DNA of 63,813 nucleotides, filler included, from Piptocephalis cylindrospora (GCA_003614145.1; 12 parts of 12 records of this genome joined end to end with filler, not necessarily neighbours in it); one strand, 5' to 3'; numbered from the whole stretch's first letter, positions 22,709 through 35,888 are shown. Notes: generated from the sequence alone by a model not told the origin. Translations and numbers: made by a program.

Positions 22709-23991
22709 ATGCATCAAGCCCATCATACCCAGCCGTTTACCATCTCTTCGGTCTCTTCCACCTTCTTTCCAGACCAGTCAGAAAAGGACCATGAATTGAA
22801 AAGCCCCATCGAGAGCAAAAGGTCTTCCTTTTCCACCATGCGTGGCCATGCTCATACTTTGACCTCCCCTACCCAGTCCTTTCAAACTCGGGCCCAGGCT
22901 CTCCCAAAGGGATGGCGTAATGGATGGAAGCGACATGGCCTGCCATTTGCCCGATCTCCCGTAGCCCCATCCCCAGGAGGAGGAAGGGGTGGGGGTGTTT
23001 TGTCTCCCACCATGTCCATCAAGACCGGGGTGGGCAGAGGGGATGTGGGAGGGGTGGATGTTGAGGCCGTGGTGAGACGAAGGCTGCGTGAGCGGGATGC
23101 CGAGTGGTACGAGGCCATGGATGAAGTTCAGGGACTTTGGGAGGAATCCAAGACCGAGGCTCGTGATTGGGAAAATCGGACCAGGGAGGCCGAAAGGATC
23201 AGTAAACGCCTTGACCGGGAGCTTGCGTGTAAGTGACGGAGCGAGACGAGGGGATGTACAAGGTCTCGTGCTGATTCGATCCTCTTTCCTATTTCTAGCG
23301 GTGAAGAAGCATCAAAAGGTCGAGGTTCGCAGGGAAGCCGAGGAGTGGAGAGAAGCCTATGCTGGGAGGACGCGTCAGCTAGTGGGGTATGTGGGGGAGA
23401 TGGCCACATCCAACCTTCTCCTAAGGGAGCAACTCGCCTCTCATGGCCTTGTCCCTGGTGAGTAACAAAGACGCATGGGGATAGGAGGGATGGGTGAGGG
23501 CTTACTCATTCACATCCATGAACAGCAACGGCCCAGGCCGATGGACAAAAAAAGATCCAGCAAGAGGCAAGGCGACAAGGGATCGTGGTGACTAGATCGA
23601 CGGCCGAGGCCGAGATGAGAGGGTTCTTTCAAAAGGCCTATGAAAAAGCCACAACCACCCATGAAACGGCCTTTGATGAGCGGGTACGACAGCAGGAACA
23701 TGGACTTCAGGTACGTCAGGGAGAGACGTGTATTCTGGCTCATGGCTCATGCCTCCTCCATCCCCCCAGGTCACCATTGCAGGTATATGGCAGGAAATTA
23801 ATGCAAGACAGCGAAAAGACGACGATGGGATGACTAGTCAGGGTCATGGTCAAGTCCCGTGCTATCCCACACAGCCTTATCTAGGCTCTCAGTCCGGATC
23901 CATTGATACGGCAAGAGAGGAAGGGACGGGCACTCGTCTTGGCCGATGGGGCCAACGGGTCAAGCGGGCTACCGGGATCCACCGGCCTTGA
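22709..23991 (+). CDS. Hypothetical coiled-coil protein, 4 exons
   Basis: TATAAAA near 22558 and ATG at 22709. GT-AG introns 23229-23298, 23458-23525 and 23711-23769 keep the frame; central region is E/R/K-rich and helical. Confidence 0.65.
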
Positions 23992-24232
23992 AGCTCTCTC
24001 GGGGGTAAATAATGCATAGAAAGCTTATTGTTGTTATTATTACTATTGCTACTTTACTAGTATGGATGATAGGATGTTCTGGATGAATGAACAGCATGGA
24101 CACAGCTGGCTGTGCTGATGCTGGGAGTAAATCACAAGCAAAACCACTTCTGCACCATTCATGTCTCTCTAATTTGCACAGCAGACATGTGCGCAGTCTC
24201 TGTTTAATCACTACACTATGGTCCACACGGGT

Positions 24233-24296
24233 TGTCGCTGTCACTGTCGCTGTCGCTGTCGCTGTTGCTGTCGCTGTCGCTGTTGCGTCGCTGTCG
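24233..24296. repeat. (GTCGCT)n hexanucleotide repeat
   Basis: About 10 near-perfect units in intergenic DNA. Confidence 0.9.
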
Positions 24297-24703
24297 TTCT
24301 GGTGCTTGAGCTTGCTCTCCGCAAGTTCACCCGAGGCTACCATGAGTTCATGCTAAGTGAGGGATAATGTGCCACACACAGCTATCCCACAGCAACTATT
24401 CTCCTGCTCACACATTCCAAGTGTGTAATGATATCCATCCTACGTGTGCGCCTTTCAAATCACTCATTGTGGCCTCCAGCCTTCGAATCTAGCCCTTAGG
24501 CGCCTCATCGTCTGGCTTTGCCAAGCGAAAGCATGGACGTTTGCGCGCGCTAAGATCCACACGCGGTACACTGCTTTTCTCGCCCCCTCAGCACCACATC
24601 GACAGAGCATTATAAAAGCCTCGGGATTAAGGCCTGCAGCTCGGCCCCTCCCTCCAATCTCATATTCTCCTGTCCTCTCCTCCTCCATCTCCCCCCCCTC
24701 AGT

Positions 24704-26233
24704 ATGTCTTCCGCATCTCCCCTCCCTCTTCAGGGAACCCGTATATTTACCCTTGGACTAGTCACTCTTGGGCTGGTGGGGTCGGCTCTCGCCCATGACC
24801 ACCACGCCGAAACTCCCTTACCCCCGACTGGGGATCCCACCCCAGTGGATTGGATCCTCAAGGCTCACATCACCGTCATGATCCTGGCATACGTTGTCTG
24901 CTTTCCTGTCGGGGCCATCCTAGGCCTGGTCAAGCACCGTCTCCACGTCCCTGTCCAGGCCGTAGGTACGGGCCTCACGGCTCTGGGCTATATCCTGGGC
25001 CATAGTCACGGGGGTCGTCGGTTCGAGGAGTCCGCCCATTCTGCCAATGCCTGGATCATGCTCTATGCCCTGATGGCCCAGGTGGGTCTAGGCGTTGTCC
25101 TCAAGGTTTATCGGGATCCCTCGTCTAAGCTCCGATCTGGCTTTCGTATAGCCCATTCCCTCCTGGGTCTGGCCCACCCCGTCCTTGCTTACATTCAGAT
25201 CGTCTTTGGCGCCATCACCTGGAACTCCTTTTGCGCCGACGACCACAAGGGCAATTGTCTGGCCCACTTTATCATGGGGTCCTCCTTTGCCTGGTACGGC
25301 GTCTTTTGCCTCTGGGCCGCCTCCCAGCTCGGAAGGGCCTGGTTGGGAGCCCGGGGCGTCCGCAGCTTTGATACCTCCGATCTCACCTCCATTCCCCTTG
25401 ATCACCCCCAAGGATCCGAGGAACTCAGTGGGAGGTACAAGAGTCTCGAATACTACGAAGGCTGGCTCATCGCCTGCTGGGGTCTGGTCAATTCTCTCAC
25501 CGAGCACACCTGGGGCGGCCAATGGTTCCATAATGACATTCAGCACACTGCCATGGGCGTCCTTTGGCTGTTGGGCGGTCTGGCCTCCATCCTGCTTACC
25601 CACCATCGACCCTCCCTTCGCTCCCCTCTCCCCGCCATCGTCATCCTTCTCACCGGAGTGGCCATGGCCGCCCATGCCCAGCATAGCATGATCGGCACCA
25701 TGGTTCATGGGTTCTTTGGAAAGGCTATCGGCCTTGCTGCCGTCTTTCGGCTCATCGAGGTTATCGTTGATGGGGGAGGGAGGGCTCAGGGTCAGACAAG
25801 GACCCTCATGGCTCTCAAGCTCCTCTCCTCCCTCTTCCTCATCCTTGGCGGGTTCCTCTTCTCCTCGAGTCAGGAGGAGGCCTTGGCCTACGTCGATCAC
25901 TCCATCCTCGATGCTCCCTCCTACATGCTCATGACCACCTGTTTGGCCTTCCTGGTCTACGGCTATGCTCAGGGCCTCATCCTTCTGTGTCAGCACTTTG
26001 CCCCTGACCACTGGGGCCTGGATCAGTCCCCATCAGCTCAATATGGTCGATTAGGCAGTATTGCCGATGGGGGAGGCGGAGGCTCCCGTAGTCTCGACGG
26101 AGCAGGCCCGTTTTCCCTCCAGCCTGACACCCCAGGAACTCGTGTCGGAGGCGAGAGTATCTTTGATGTTAATCGCTATGATGATGAGGATGGCGAAGGG
26201 GAGGAAGAGGTCGAGTTGAAGACGGTATCCTGA
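24704..26233 (+). CDS. YTP1: Ytp1-like multi-pass membrane protein (DUF2427 + Ytp1 domains)
   Basis: Signal peptide followed by HDHH; RLHVPVQ, CLAHFIMGSSFAWYG, EHTWGGQWFHNDIQHTAMG; many TM helices with conserved His; intronless, 509 aa. Confidence 0.85.
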   Translation: MSSASPLPLQGTRIFTLGLVTLGLVGSALAHDHHAETPLPPTGDPTPVDWILKAHITVMILAYVVCFPVGAILGLVKHRLHVPVQAVGTGLTALGYILGHSHGGRRFEESAHSANAWIMLYALMAQVGLGVVLKVYRDPSSKLRSGFRIAHSLLGLAHPVLAYIQIVFGAITWNSFCADDHKGNCLAHFIMGSSFAWYGVFCLWAASQLGRAWLGARGVRSFDTSDLTSIPLDHPQGSEELSGRYKSLEYYEGWLIACWGLVNSLTEHTWGGQWFHNDIQHTAMGVLWLLGGLASILLTHHRPSLRSPLPAIVILLTGVAMAAHAQHSMIGTMVHGFFGKAIGLAAVFRLIEVIVDGGGRAQGQTRTLMALKLLSSLFLILGGFLFSSSQEEALAYVDHSILDAPSYMLMTTCLAFLVYGYAQGLILLCQHFAPDHWGLDQSPSAQYGRLGSIADGGGGGSRSLDGAGPFSLQPDTPGTRVGGESIFDVNRYDDEDGEGEEEVELKTVS

Positions 26234-26592
26234 TCCTACCTATGGTGTATCCGGTATAAGAACGACAGCCCAGCCGTGTTTATGGTGTATCCGACGTGAG
26301 AAGAAGAGGGCAATCTTTACGTAAATATTATTTGATAGAAAGCTCATCACCTGGGCCATGAAAGAGAAGCCAGGCTCATTAAATCACCCTGCAGATATCT
26401 TCTTGCATAATGGATGGCAAAAAGACACGATGGTCCAGTCAGTGAGGATGAGAATGTGAACGCGTCTAAACGCTTTACGACGTACAGGGATATAAATCCA
26501 TTCCCATCATTTCACCGTTCCCGTCACCACGTTGGATATGCCATAGATACGACTAGTATACCATACCCACGTTGGATACACCATAGATACGA
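26234..26592. repeat. ~360-bp element bounded by ~65-bp imperfect inverted repeats (MITE/foldback-like)
   Basis: TATGGTGTATCCG at 26241 and 26281; reverse-orientation CCACGTTGGATA(T/C)(G/A)CCATAGATACGA at 26527 and 26567. Each pair is exactly 40 bp apart. Confidence 0.65.
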
Positions 26593-27805
26593 TGCGCNNN
26601 NNNNNNNNNNNNNNNNNNNNNNNNNNNNNNNNNNNNNNNNNTTAATTAATTAANNNNNNNNNNNNNNNNNNNNNNNNNNNNNNNNNNNNNNNNNNNNATA
26701 CAGAGAGTAAAAAGCAATGTTTAGCCTGACGGTCATGATGATGAAAAAGGGGAAATGAGAATGGAATGGATAAGGTAGGGTAGAGTGGAAAGATGAAGTG
26801 GATATGGGGATGGAGACGGAACTTGGGTTTGGCAAATGACTCTATATAGCTCCCCATAATTTTACACGAGATAACCCACTTAAGCCTCCAGCAATGAGTG
26901 CTTCAGGTGATTGGCTCTTTTCGGGCCAATGGAATAGAAAACACTGACGAAATGAATCTCCATGAACCTGATGTCTGATAACTGAAACGAATGAATCGGC
27001 CAGCCCATATGGATACTAGGGGTGGTGTGTGCGCGCTACATCCACCAACATATCCAAGTACAAAGTATGGCTGCGTTTCCAATAGTTCATTTGGATGTCT
27101 CACTCTGTTTCATCTGGGTAAGGTCAACCATGGTAGGGATTTAGATGTGTCTAAGGAATGTGGTTTAACTGAAGATCCCTTGATCCAATGGCCGAGACCC
27201 CTGTTCTGGTTAATTATGAGAATCTAGTCTATTAAGTAACGACGTTTATCCTTAAGATACGATTTCTTTCAATAACAATGTATTAGCCCATGAGGAAACA
27301 CACATCCAATGATGTTTACGAGCCCATAATCTACACGAATGGTTTCATTCTTTGATGATGAGCCCGCTCTATCTTCCCTTGGGGCAGACTATTAGGCATT
27401 CGAACATACCTCGCCTAATAATAGGTCAGTAAACCCGCCTAATAATAACCTACTTAATGATAACCTACCTAATTATAATAATAGACCAGTATGCGTCGTG
27501 GTACTAGGGACAATATCCCCAAGACGGTACTCCTTTAATCAATTGAAAAGTTATAATTTTGCTGCAAACTGTGATTTTCTTAGGGAAAATGGTTTCCGCT
27601 TTGATATGGCCCCGATGTGTGAATCTCATATCCATTACGAATTTATCTTGACAATCCTTTTCGCCCTACAGATCAAAGGTATGAATAAAATTACCTTTCA
27701 ATTAAGTGTCTCATTTTATAGTCATTCCTTTCGTCCTCTCAATCCTAGATTGGATTAAAGGATCTGATAGGATGAATCTAGACAGGTTCTAAAGAAGAAA
27801 AATGT

Positions 27806-27908
27806 TCGCGTCTTTACATGAACCACAGTATTGCTCCAACATCAGATCCCAGGATAACTCACAAGGTCGCGTCATGTTCGCGTTCCATCAAACTCCACTT
27901 AATCGCGT
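27806..27908. promoter_or_regulatory. Cluster of four TCGCGT (MCB/SCB/E2F-like) boxes upstream of RAD5
   Basis: TCGCGT at 27806, 27867, 27878 and 27903, all in the same orientation, 200-300 bp before the ATG at 28108. Confidence 0.65.
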
Positions 27909-28107
27909 CTGATATCCATTGCACACACGCGCACACAGACCGATGAGCCAGTCTTTAGCAGTGTGATCTTCATTACACTGACTCATCCATATGCATGAAT
28001 CAACCTTTCCAATAGCCTCTCATTGGTTTTATTCTTCCTTTACTTTTATTTAAGGATCAACTACTGAACGGACTCTCTCCTCATCCCCCCTTCGGCTTCT
28101 GCCCATC

Positions 28108-31100
28108 ATGAGTCAGAATCAGCCAAGTAAACGGCTTCGGTTGAGCCCCCCACCAGAAGCCAAGGACACCAGCCGATGCTCTCAAGATCAGCTACGAGAG
28201 ATCCTTGGTTTTGAGGTTTCTCCTGCCAAGGCGGATCAACTCTTGAGGGATACGGGCGACGATGTTGCCCAAGCCGTTGAAGCCTACTTCTCCAACCCCC
28301 CCGAAAATCTCACAACCGCCCAGGAGCCTCTCGAAGATCCTGATGTTTTTGATTCCACTACTTGGCCTAGGCGCTGGGGGGAAACTGTAGTGACCGGGCT
28401 TGCAACTGCAAAGACCGAATGGTCCCGCCTCAGCGCAAGAGGCGCCTTGCGTCTCCAGTGCGAAACTGACCGTCGAGACCGCCGTGTTATGCATCTAATC
28501 TTGCAGGAAAAGCGCACCGACGCTGATACTAATAGTACACCCTCCCAGTCCTATCATCTTCGACATGTCGGTCGACTCGGCTCAGATCCCGGCGGATGGA
28601 TGAGTATATTGGAAAAAAATGGCCTTGCCAAGTACCAGGTTAGCCTACTGGATTCCTCGAAAGGTTCTGACCGACCAGTTCACACAGGCGACACGCTCAT
28701 CCTCAACGTAACCATCTACATCCTCCTTCCCTTCATATCCCTTCCTCCAGGCCAGCCATTGGGGCTGCGACATGCGATTGGCCAGGCTTTCTCCCAGTGT
28801 GGGATCCGGCCTGTTCTTCGTGGAGCTGGCATCGCTGACTCTCCCCTTTGGTCCATCTTTTCCTCGGTTGGTGATCATCGATCCTTGCTCAATCCCTCTG
28901 AATCTCCTGGAAAAAAGGAAAAAACACGACAAGATGCGATGAGTATGGCCACAGAGGACCTCACCTCCGAAAAGGTCTGGGACACGCAAGGTTCAGATGA
29001 GGGGGAGGTATCTGAAATGACCCGCGATGTCATGAGCCATGCTTATGGACCGTCGAGCACTTGGTCTAATGAACTAAAGGAGACCCCTGAACCCTCGAAT
29101 CTCTCTGTCACCTTACGGCCCTATCAGCGCCGTGCTCTCACATGGTTGCTTGAGCGGGAACGGTCAGAATTTCAGGATGAAAGTGCCCATAAAGAAGGAG
29201 TGAAACAAGAGACCCTGCATCCCCTCTTTGAAGCTTACCCCTTACCTCATCCCCCCAGAGGCCATCGTAAAGAAGGAGGAGGTCCTTGGACTGATCATCC
29301 CGCTCAAATTATATACGTCAATCCTTTTTCTGGTCAAATAACTCCCATCTTCCCTGCAGCAACCCGAAGGGATCGTGGAGGTATCCTCGCTGATGGTAAG
29401 TCCTCATTGGGCCTTCTTTACTACTATTATATAAACCCCCCTAACCCTTCCTTGACCCCCCACCATGTTTAATTAGAAATGGGCTTGGGAAAGACCATTG
29501 AGACCCTTGCCTTAATCCATGCCAATCCTCCACCTGAAGACCTGACCAAACGTGAGGGTAGGCCCGAGAAGAAGACAAAATTATTGTATCGGCCTCCGAG
29601 TAAGACTACGCTCATCGTTTGCCCCATGTCTCTCCTCTCTCAATGGAGGGACGAATGCATCTCGGCCTCGGCTCCCAACAGCCTTAGGGTTGAGGTACAT
29701 TATGGAGGTGGAAGGGAAACGACCGACTTTGCTCGTCAGCTGACGGACCCTGAAATCGCTCCCGACATCCTCATCACCACCTACGGGGTTCTCATGTCCG
29801 AGTTCCAGGAAGGGTCTGCCAACCATGACCATGGCGTTTTACCTCGAGGTCTCTTTACCGTCCGATACTGGCGTGTCGTCTTGGATGAGGCTCATACCAT
29901 CAAGAATCCCCAGGTTCGTACCGCCAAAGCTTGTTTTGCCCTACAAGCCTCTCGTCGGTGGGCCCTAACTGGGACTCCTATTCAGAATAGCCCAGATGAT
30001 TTATACTCCCTTCTACGCTTCATCGATCACATCCCTTGGTCCCAGCCCGATTTTTGGAAGCAGAATGTGACCTATCCCATTCAAAGACGGGGTGTTGAAG
30101 CTATTCAAGCGGTGCAAAAGGCCCTTAAAGACGTCCTTCTTCGACGCACCAAGACTTCTCGGGGGCCCGACGGTGAACGTCTCCTCGCCCTCCCGCCCAA
30201 GACCATCAACATCGTTTATGTGGAATTTTCCTCCAAGGAGCGATCCTTGTATAATCTTCTCCAAAAAGATTCGGTGGCCCGTTTTCAGGAGCTTCTACGT
30301 TTAGGTCTTGTTATGAGGAACTACGCCACTGTTCTAAAGCTGTTAGTTAGGTAAATTAAAACGTGTAGGAGCCCTCCTAACTGGACTCTTGAATGAAAGA
30401 GCGAATACCTTACTCAACCCCATCTCTTTATATGTCTCGGGTCGTTCGCTCGTCCAGACTTCGGCAAACTTGTAGTCATTATCTCCTTGTGGCCTTATCG
30501 GGAAGGTTAAATTCTAGCCAAGGGATGGCCTTGAGAAATACCTCAACTGCCTATGGTCAAGCTCCTACCCGTCCTCAGACAAGTCCTAACATGAGCAGGG
30601 AGGAGAGTCGAGCTGTGCAGGCCTGGGAAAAGAAGTATGCCAAGTGGGAGGAAGAGAAAATGAAGTGGGAGAATGAAATGGCCAAAGACAAGGATCGACG
30701 AGATAACCCAGAAGAGGGTTCTAATCAGGTGGAGGAGCTACTCAAACGATACGCCGGATCTACAGATCCTTTTACTGTAGAACGACTTTCTCGTGCCATT
30801 GCTGAATCTATTGATGGAAGGCGATCGGTTGTTGGAGAGCCCTTGATTGAGCCTGATCACACCAGTTCGTACGACGTACCTATCGATGCGCCGATTGAAG
30901 AAGAATGCCCTGTATGCCTGGATATGGTCAGTGACGCTATGTGGTTACCTTGCCTTCATATCCTATGTCGTCCATGCATGATTAGATTTTTCGATCAATG
31001 GGAGGCCCTAGGCCAAGAAGGAGAGTAAGTACGGGAGATGTGCATGGATGATTAACGCTTCACTTCCCTTTTTTTCCTCTAACATCATCATCACTGTCAT

Positions 31101-31934
31101 CATCTTAGATGCCCAGTCTGTCGAAAGGGCCCCGTCCGACCTGCCAATGTCCTGGATAGGGTACCTTCCTCTCCAGGCCCTCCTCCTTCCCCTCCCCCTC
31201 CTCCCACGATTTCCTCATCTTCATCTTCATCGACCCAGCCCTCCTCTCCCAAGTCTTCCACTGCCCCCACTTCCATTCCTAAAGCCGCGCCAGAATCTAA
31301 TCCTTCCATCTATCTCCCCTCAGATGACTTGAATGAGGATCAGCAATCCACTAAAGTCATCATGCTTCTCCGTGATCTTGAGCCCATCCTGGCTGAAGAT
31401 TATTCAGTTAAGATCGTTGTCTTTACTCAATTCCTTGCCTTCATTGACATCCTCGGTAGGGCCTTGGATAAAACGGGGCATGCATGGGGAAAGCTAGATG
31501 GGAGATCGAGTCAGATTGCTAGGGAACAGGTTCTGATCTCATTTCGCCAGCCCCGTACCGGGCCCCGCATTCTCTTGGTTAGTTTACGAGCCGGGGGGCT
31601 GGGCCTGAATCTCACCGTGGCCTCCCATGTCTTCCTCATGGATCCTTGGTGGAATTGGAGTGTAGAGGCTCAGGCTGTCGATCGGATCCACCGTCTGGGT
31701 CAGACAAAGTCTGTGCACGTTACTCGGTACATTGTGCGAGATTCAGTGGAAGAACAAATGTTAACCATGCAACGACACAAAGAGGCCCTGTGCAGCGGAA
31801 GTTTTGGGGAACGGCAGGAGGGAGAAGAGGAGACTGAACGGAGTAGAAAGCGACGAAGAGAGGCCGAACGTCTAGAAGAACTAAAGATTCTCTTTGGTAC
31901 CTCGACTGCCTTAAAACCACCCTCTGGAAGATAA
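28108..31934 (+). CDS. RAD5: Rad5-like SNF2 helicase / RING E3 ligase
   Basis: Introns 29396-29476, 30351-30457 and 31025-31108. GGILADEMGLGKT, VLDEAH, LTGTPIQN, RING CPVC..LPCLHILCRPC..CPVCR, GGLGLNLT..QAVDRIHRLGQ; UBA-like and HIRAN-like N-terminal segments. Confidence 0.93.
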
Positions 31935-32047
31935 TTTACATCCAGGCNNNNNNNNNNNNNNNNNNNNNNNNNNNNNNNNNNNNNNNNNNNNTTAATTAAT
32001 TAANNNNNNNNNNNNNNNNNNNNNNNNNNNNNNNNNNNNNNNNNNNN

Positions 32048-33759
32048 CGTTGTTGGATCTGGGCCAAAGAAAGATCCTCCTCCTCCTCATTCTCATCTTC
32101 CGTTCTGTCATTGTCTCCTTCCATTCCATCCTTGACATTCAGACCTTTAGAAAGGTCAACATCCCTTTGCCATCGAAGGAGATAAGAGGATGAAGAGGAG
32201 GAGGAGGGATCTGGCCTTGGGGAATGGGTGGAGGGGGTGTGCTGAACTGTCCATGCCAGGCCGGGGTCACTTGCATTTCTGCCCCCACGACGTAGTCTTT
32301 CCAGGCCCTGGGCCCGAGAGCCTCCACCTCCATCCATGATGGGTAAAGGAGGGGAGGAGGAGGAGGAGGAGGGAGAGGAAGAAAGGGGTGTTCCAGGGAG
32401 AGGGGATGGCCCGGATCTTCCTATCCGGGACTGGGGCAAACCGAGGGGAGAGCAAGGGGGATGCTCATGACCATGGACAGTACCCGGGGAGCTCCCATAA
32501 GGACCTAGAATAGGGGAGCCTCCACGATGAGGATCTAGCCTGGGAGAGCCCCCGCTCATCCCTCGACCGTTCATGTACGATGGGGATGGGGATGGGGATG
32601 GGGATGGGGCGGCGGAGGAGGCGGAGGAGGAGGTAGAAGCAATGGAAGAGGGACTACCAGGGACTACTAGGGAATTCACATCCAATCGGACACTGGCATA
32701 CGAGGAGGTTCGGGCATGGTTAGGGGGTCGGATCATGGGGGGAAGGGCCATGGATCCCGGAGAGGGAGGGTATCCACCGGGGGATGTATAAAGCCCGGAA
32801 CCAGAGGCCATGGCTCCATCCCTGGATGAGATGGAGGAGAAGGAGGAGGGGCCGGGGGAGTGATTCATCCCGGGGAAGAGTATAGGAGCCAGTTGAAAGT
32901 TAGAGGGAAGCGTATACCCCCGATCTCTCCCTCGACTAGGATGATGATGAGCATCTGGCTTAGTGGATGATTTGAGGGGAGAGGAATCCGAAGGACCATT
33001 TGCCTTTCGGGGTATTCCAGCCCCAGGGGAGTGATGATGGCCTTCCCCCTTCCTCCTTGGCAAGGGAGACTTTCCATGAGGGGAGGAGGTTCGATGATGA
33101 CCCGAGCTAGCGACTTGACTATAGGATTTGCCTGAGATGGATGAGGTTGGACGATGACTTGGGTGAGAACCACGAGCTTCTTTGGCGTGAGAGGACGGTG
33201 TCTTTTTCCTCTCCAATGGTTCCTCATACTGTCCATTTTCTTTCCCTTCCTCCTCCTCCTCCTCCTCCTCCTCCATTACAATGGATTCTCGGGAGGATCG
33301 GATGGATTCTCGCAGACTACTTGCCGATAAGACTCGACGAATACGACGACCCAAGGACTTTGACGATTGCTGGCCTGATGAGTCCTTCAGGGGAGCCGAG
33401 GGGCTTGGAGAAGAGGAGGAAGATGGGGCGGAGGGTCGAGGGGGGGTAGAAAGGAGCATCCCCTGGTTGGCGGGATGAGAGGCAGAGGAGACCGAGTCAA
33501 TGGAATCTCGATTGGGTCTAGGTGAAGGGGGTCTGTGGGTAAAGGAGGCAATGGAGGAGGGGGAGGAGGGTTCCTTGGATGGAAGTGGGGTTTTATTTCT
33601 GCCGAAAAAATTGATAATGGATCTTCTGTTGGAAGTGGAGGAGGAGGAGGAGGAGGTAGAGGAGGTGGACGGGGCTGGGGAGGAAGACCGTTCGCCAAAA
33701 GGTCCTCCTCCCTTAGCCAGTGCCGTTTGAGGTCGGATGTTGACTGCTGGAATGGTCAT
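32048..33759 (-). CDS. Ser/Pro-rich low-complexity protein, 3'-truncated
   Basis: Open frame of ~570 codons from ATG 33759 (MTIPAVNIRP) to the contig edge; no recognisable domain. Confidence 0.6.
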
Positions 33760-34982
33760 TGTTGTTGTTGTTAGGGGTCGAACTGAAGGAAGGGCGGGAA
33801 GAACGGGGAGAGGGGAATTGCGAGGGAAAAAAAGTACAACTGATGGAGGGATATGAAAGAGGTGAAGGAGGGGGGAGAGGGGGGGAAGGAGGTTAAGAAG
33901 AGGAGGAAGAAGGAAAAGAGGAAGAAGAGGAAGAAGAAAAAGATGATGAGAAGGCGCAGATGAAGACAAGGAGAAGGGAGGAGAGGAAGGGAAAGAAGAG
34001 GGGAGTGGCGCCTCGGAGAAAGGAAGGAGTGGTTGTCTTGTTTGGGAGAGGACAGCGGCTGGAAGGGAAGGAAAGGAGGGAGGGACAGGCGGGGGAAATC
34101 GGTACTTAAGGGGGGGTCGAATAGTCTGGTCTCCGCCCGCCGTTCTATCCGTCATACCCTTTGACAAGTAGGCCGGTGTGAGGAAGAGGAGGTCAAGAAG
34201 GGTGGGTAAGAGAAAGACCGAGAAGGTGGCAGTGTATGTGTATATCTGTATGTCTGTGAATGTGAGTGTGTTTTGCTAGAGAGACCAAGGCACAAGGGAG
34301 CGACTGATGTGTGTGTGGTCAAAGATGGCAAGTAGGAGAGCAAATCAATGAAGAAAAAAATGGCCTCACTCTGCCTTGTCTGCGGAGTACGAATGTCTCT
34401 GGTTGGATCGGGGCACGAAAATGTACTAATTTGGAATGGGATGTGTAAATTTCGCTGGATTTGACAAGGGACCATATTTTGGAGGGGCAGGCAAGGCAGA
34501 GTAAGGATTATCGTCATGAGAGGGACTTTCATGGGTACATCAAATCGACGAGTGGCTGATAAGAGAGAAAGGGGCAATGATCCACTTGACCACTCCATCC
34601 CATCCCATGTCATTTCTTTTGATTTTAAGGAAGGGGAGCTTGGTGTGGGATCTGATGATCTGTTGTATGTCTTCTTGGCAGGAAAACGGGATGATGAGGA
34701 TGATACTAACCTGTATAACCAGATCCATCCTTACAGCTTAATTCGATTGCTCGTCCATCTTAAATGGTATACGCTCTCGTTCAAATAACAACACTGGCCG
34801 CTGACCTAGTTTGTATTCACTTGGACTGATATAGGTATGTGACAGGGATCAAGCTGCATTGGGACATATCGGCACGCGACAAGAATTATGCCCCACATTG
34901 AAAGAGTAACAACATTTGGCCTATATACTAATTCATCGTACCCAAAGAGCCCACGGTGGTGTCTCTTCTTCTTCCTCCCAGC

Positions 34983-35888
34983 ATGGACCACTCCTCTTCT
35001 CGTCGACTCTCTACTCGATCGGGCAAGGCTAGGAAGCTAGTCATTAAGGGTTTGAAGGGTAAAGCTGGGCGTCAGGAGAGCGTACTGGATCATCGTTCCT
35101 CCATCCTAATCCTCCTCCTCCTCCTCTCTAGATGTACCTACACTTCCGGAAAGCTTTGAAGAAGAGGCCTGGGCACGGATTTCTCGGGCCATCCACGCCA
35201 TCCACACCCAAATCCCGTTATCCGATGTCAAGGAAGGGCTATATCGAGTAGGTCATCTTGAACATATGCTCCGCGACGCAGCACACTCATCTCCTCCTAC
35301 TCCCGTAGCTGTGCGAATCTTTATGTCAACATCATCTTGGAGTGCGTCTTTATCATCGAGTCAAGGAACAGCAGATTCAGCATGCTCAGCAGGTTGGTCA
35401 GGAGCTAAGGGCACATGCTCAGATGACTCCCTCGCCCTCCTCCAAAGCCTGGCTGACCCATCTCCAGGATATTTGGAAAACTTATTGCCGCAAGGTCCTG
35501 GCTATTCGGGATATCCTCCTTCCCATGGACCGGACTGTCCCCGGAGAAGAGGAAAAGGGGCTATGTCCCGTCTGGGACATGGGACTGGAGGCATTCACCT
35601 CACACTCCTTCACCTCCTGTGCCTCCAGAACCGAAGAAGCTCTGGTGGATTTACTGGATCAAGCTAGAGGCACTCTCAATCACGAATCCATCAAGAATCA
35701 TGTGGATTGCATGGGAGGATCAACCTTCCCTCCTGAAAAAGACGAAGAGGATCTGGATAGGGATGAGTTGATTCATCAGACCATTGGCATGTACCGGGAT
35801 ATGAACTTGTTCCATTCTTCTCTGGAGCCCACACTTATTCGAACCACTAAAGCATACTATCTACAGGAAGGCAAGGCCTGCTTCCGAT
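34983..35888 (+). CDS. CUL4: Cullin-4-like protein, N-terminal part, broken at a chimeric junction
   Basis: Introns 35059-35131 and 35248-35308. RKLVIKGLK, EEAWARISRAI, EGLYRLCESLC, WKTYCRKVLAIRDILLPMDRT, WDMGLEAF, LEPTLIRTTKAYYLQEG. Confidence 0.8.

Noticed and set aside
25088..26011. Long antisense ORFs over real genes (also 1600-2904, 61788-62516 and others)
   Set aside because: Shadow frames caused by GC-rich codon usage of the sense genes.
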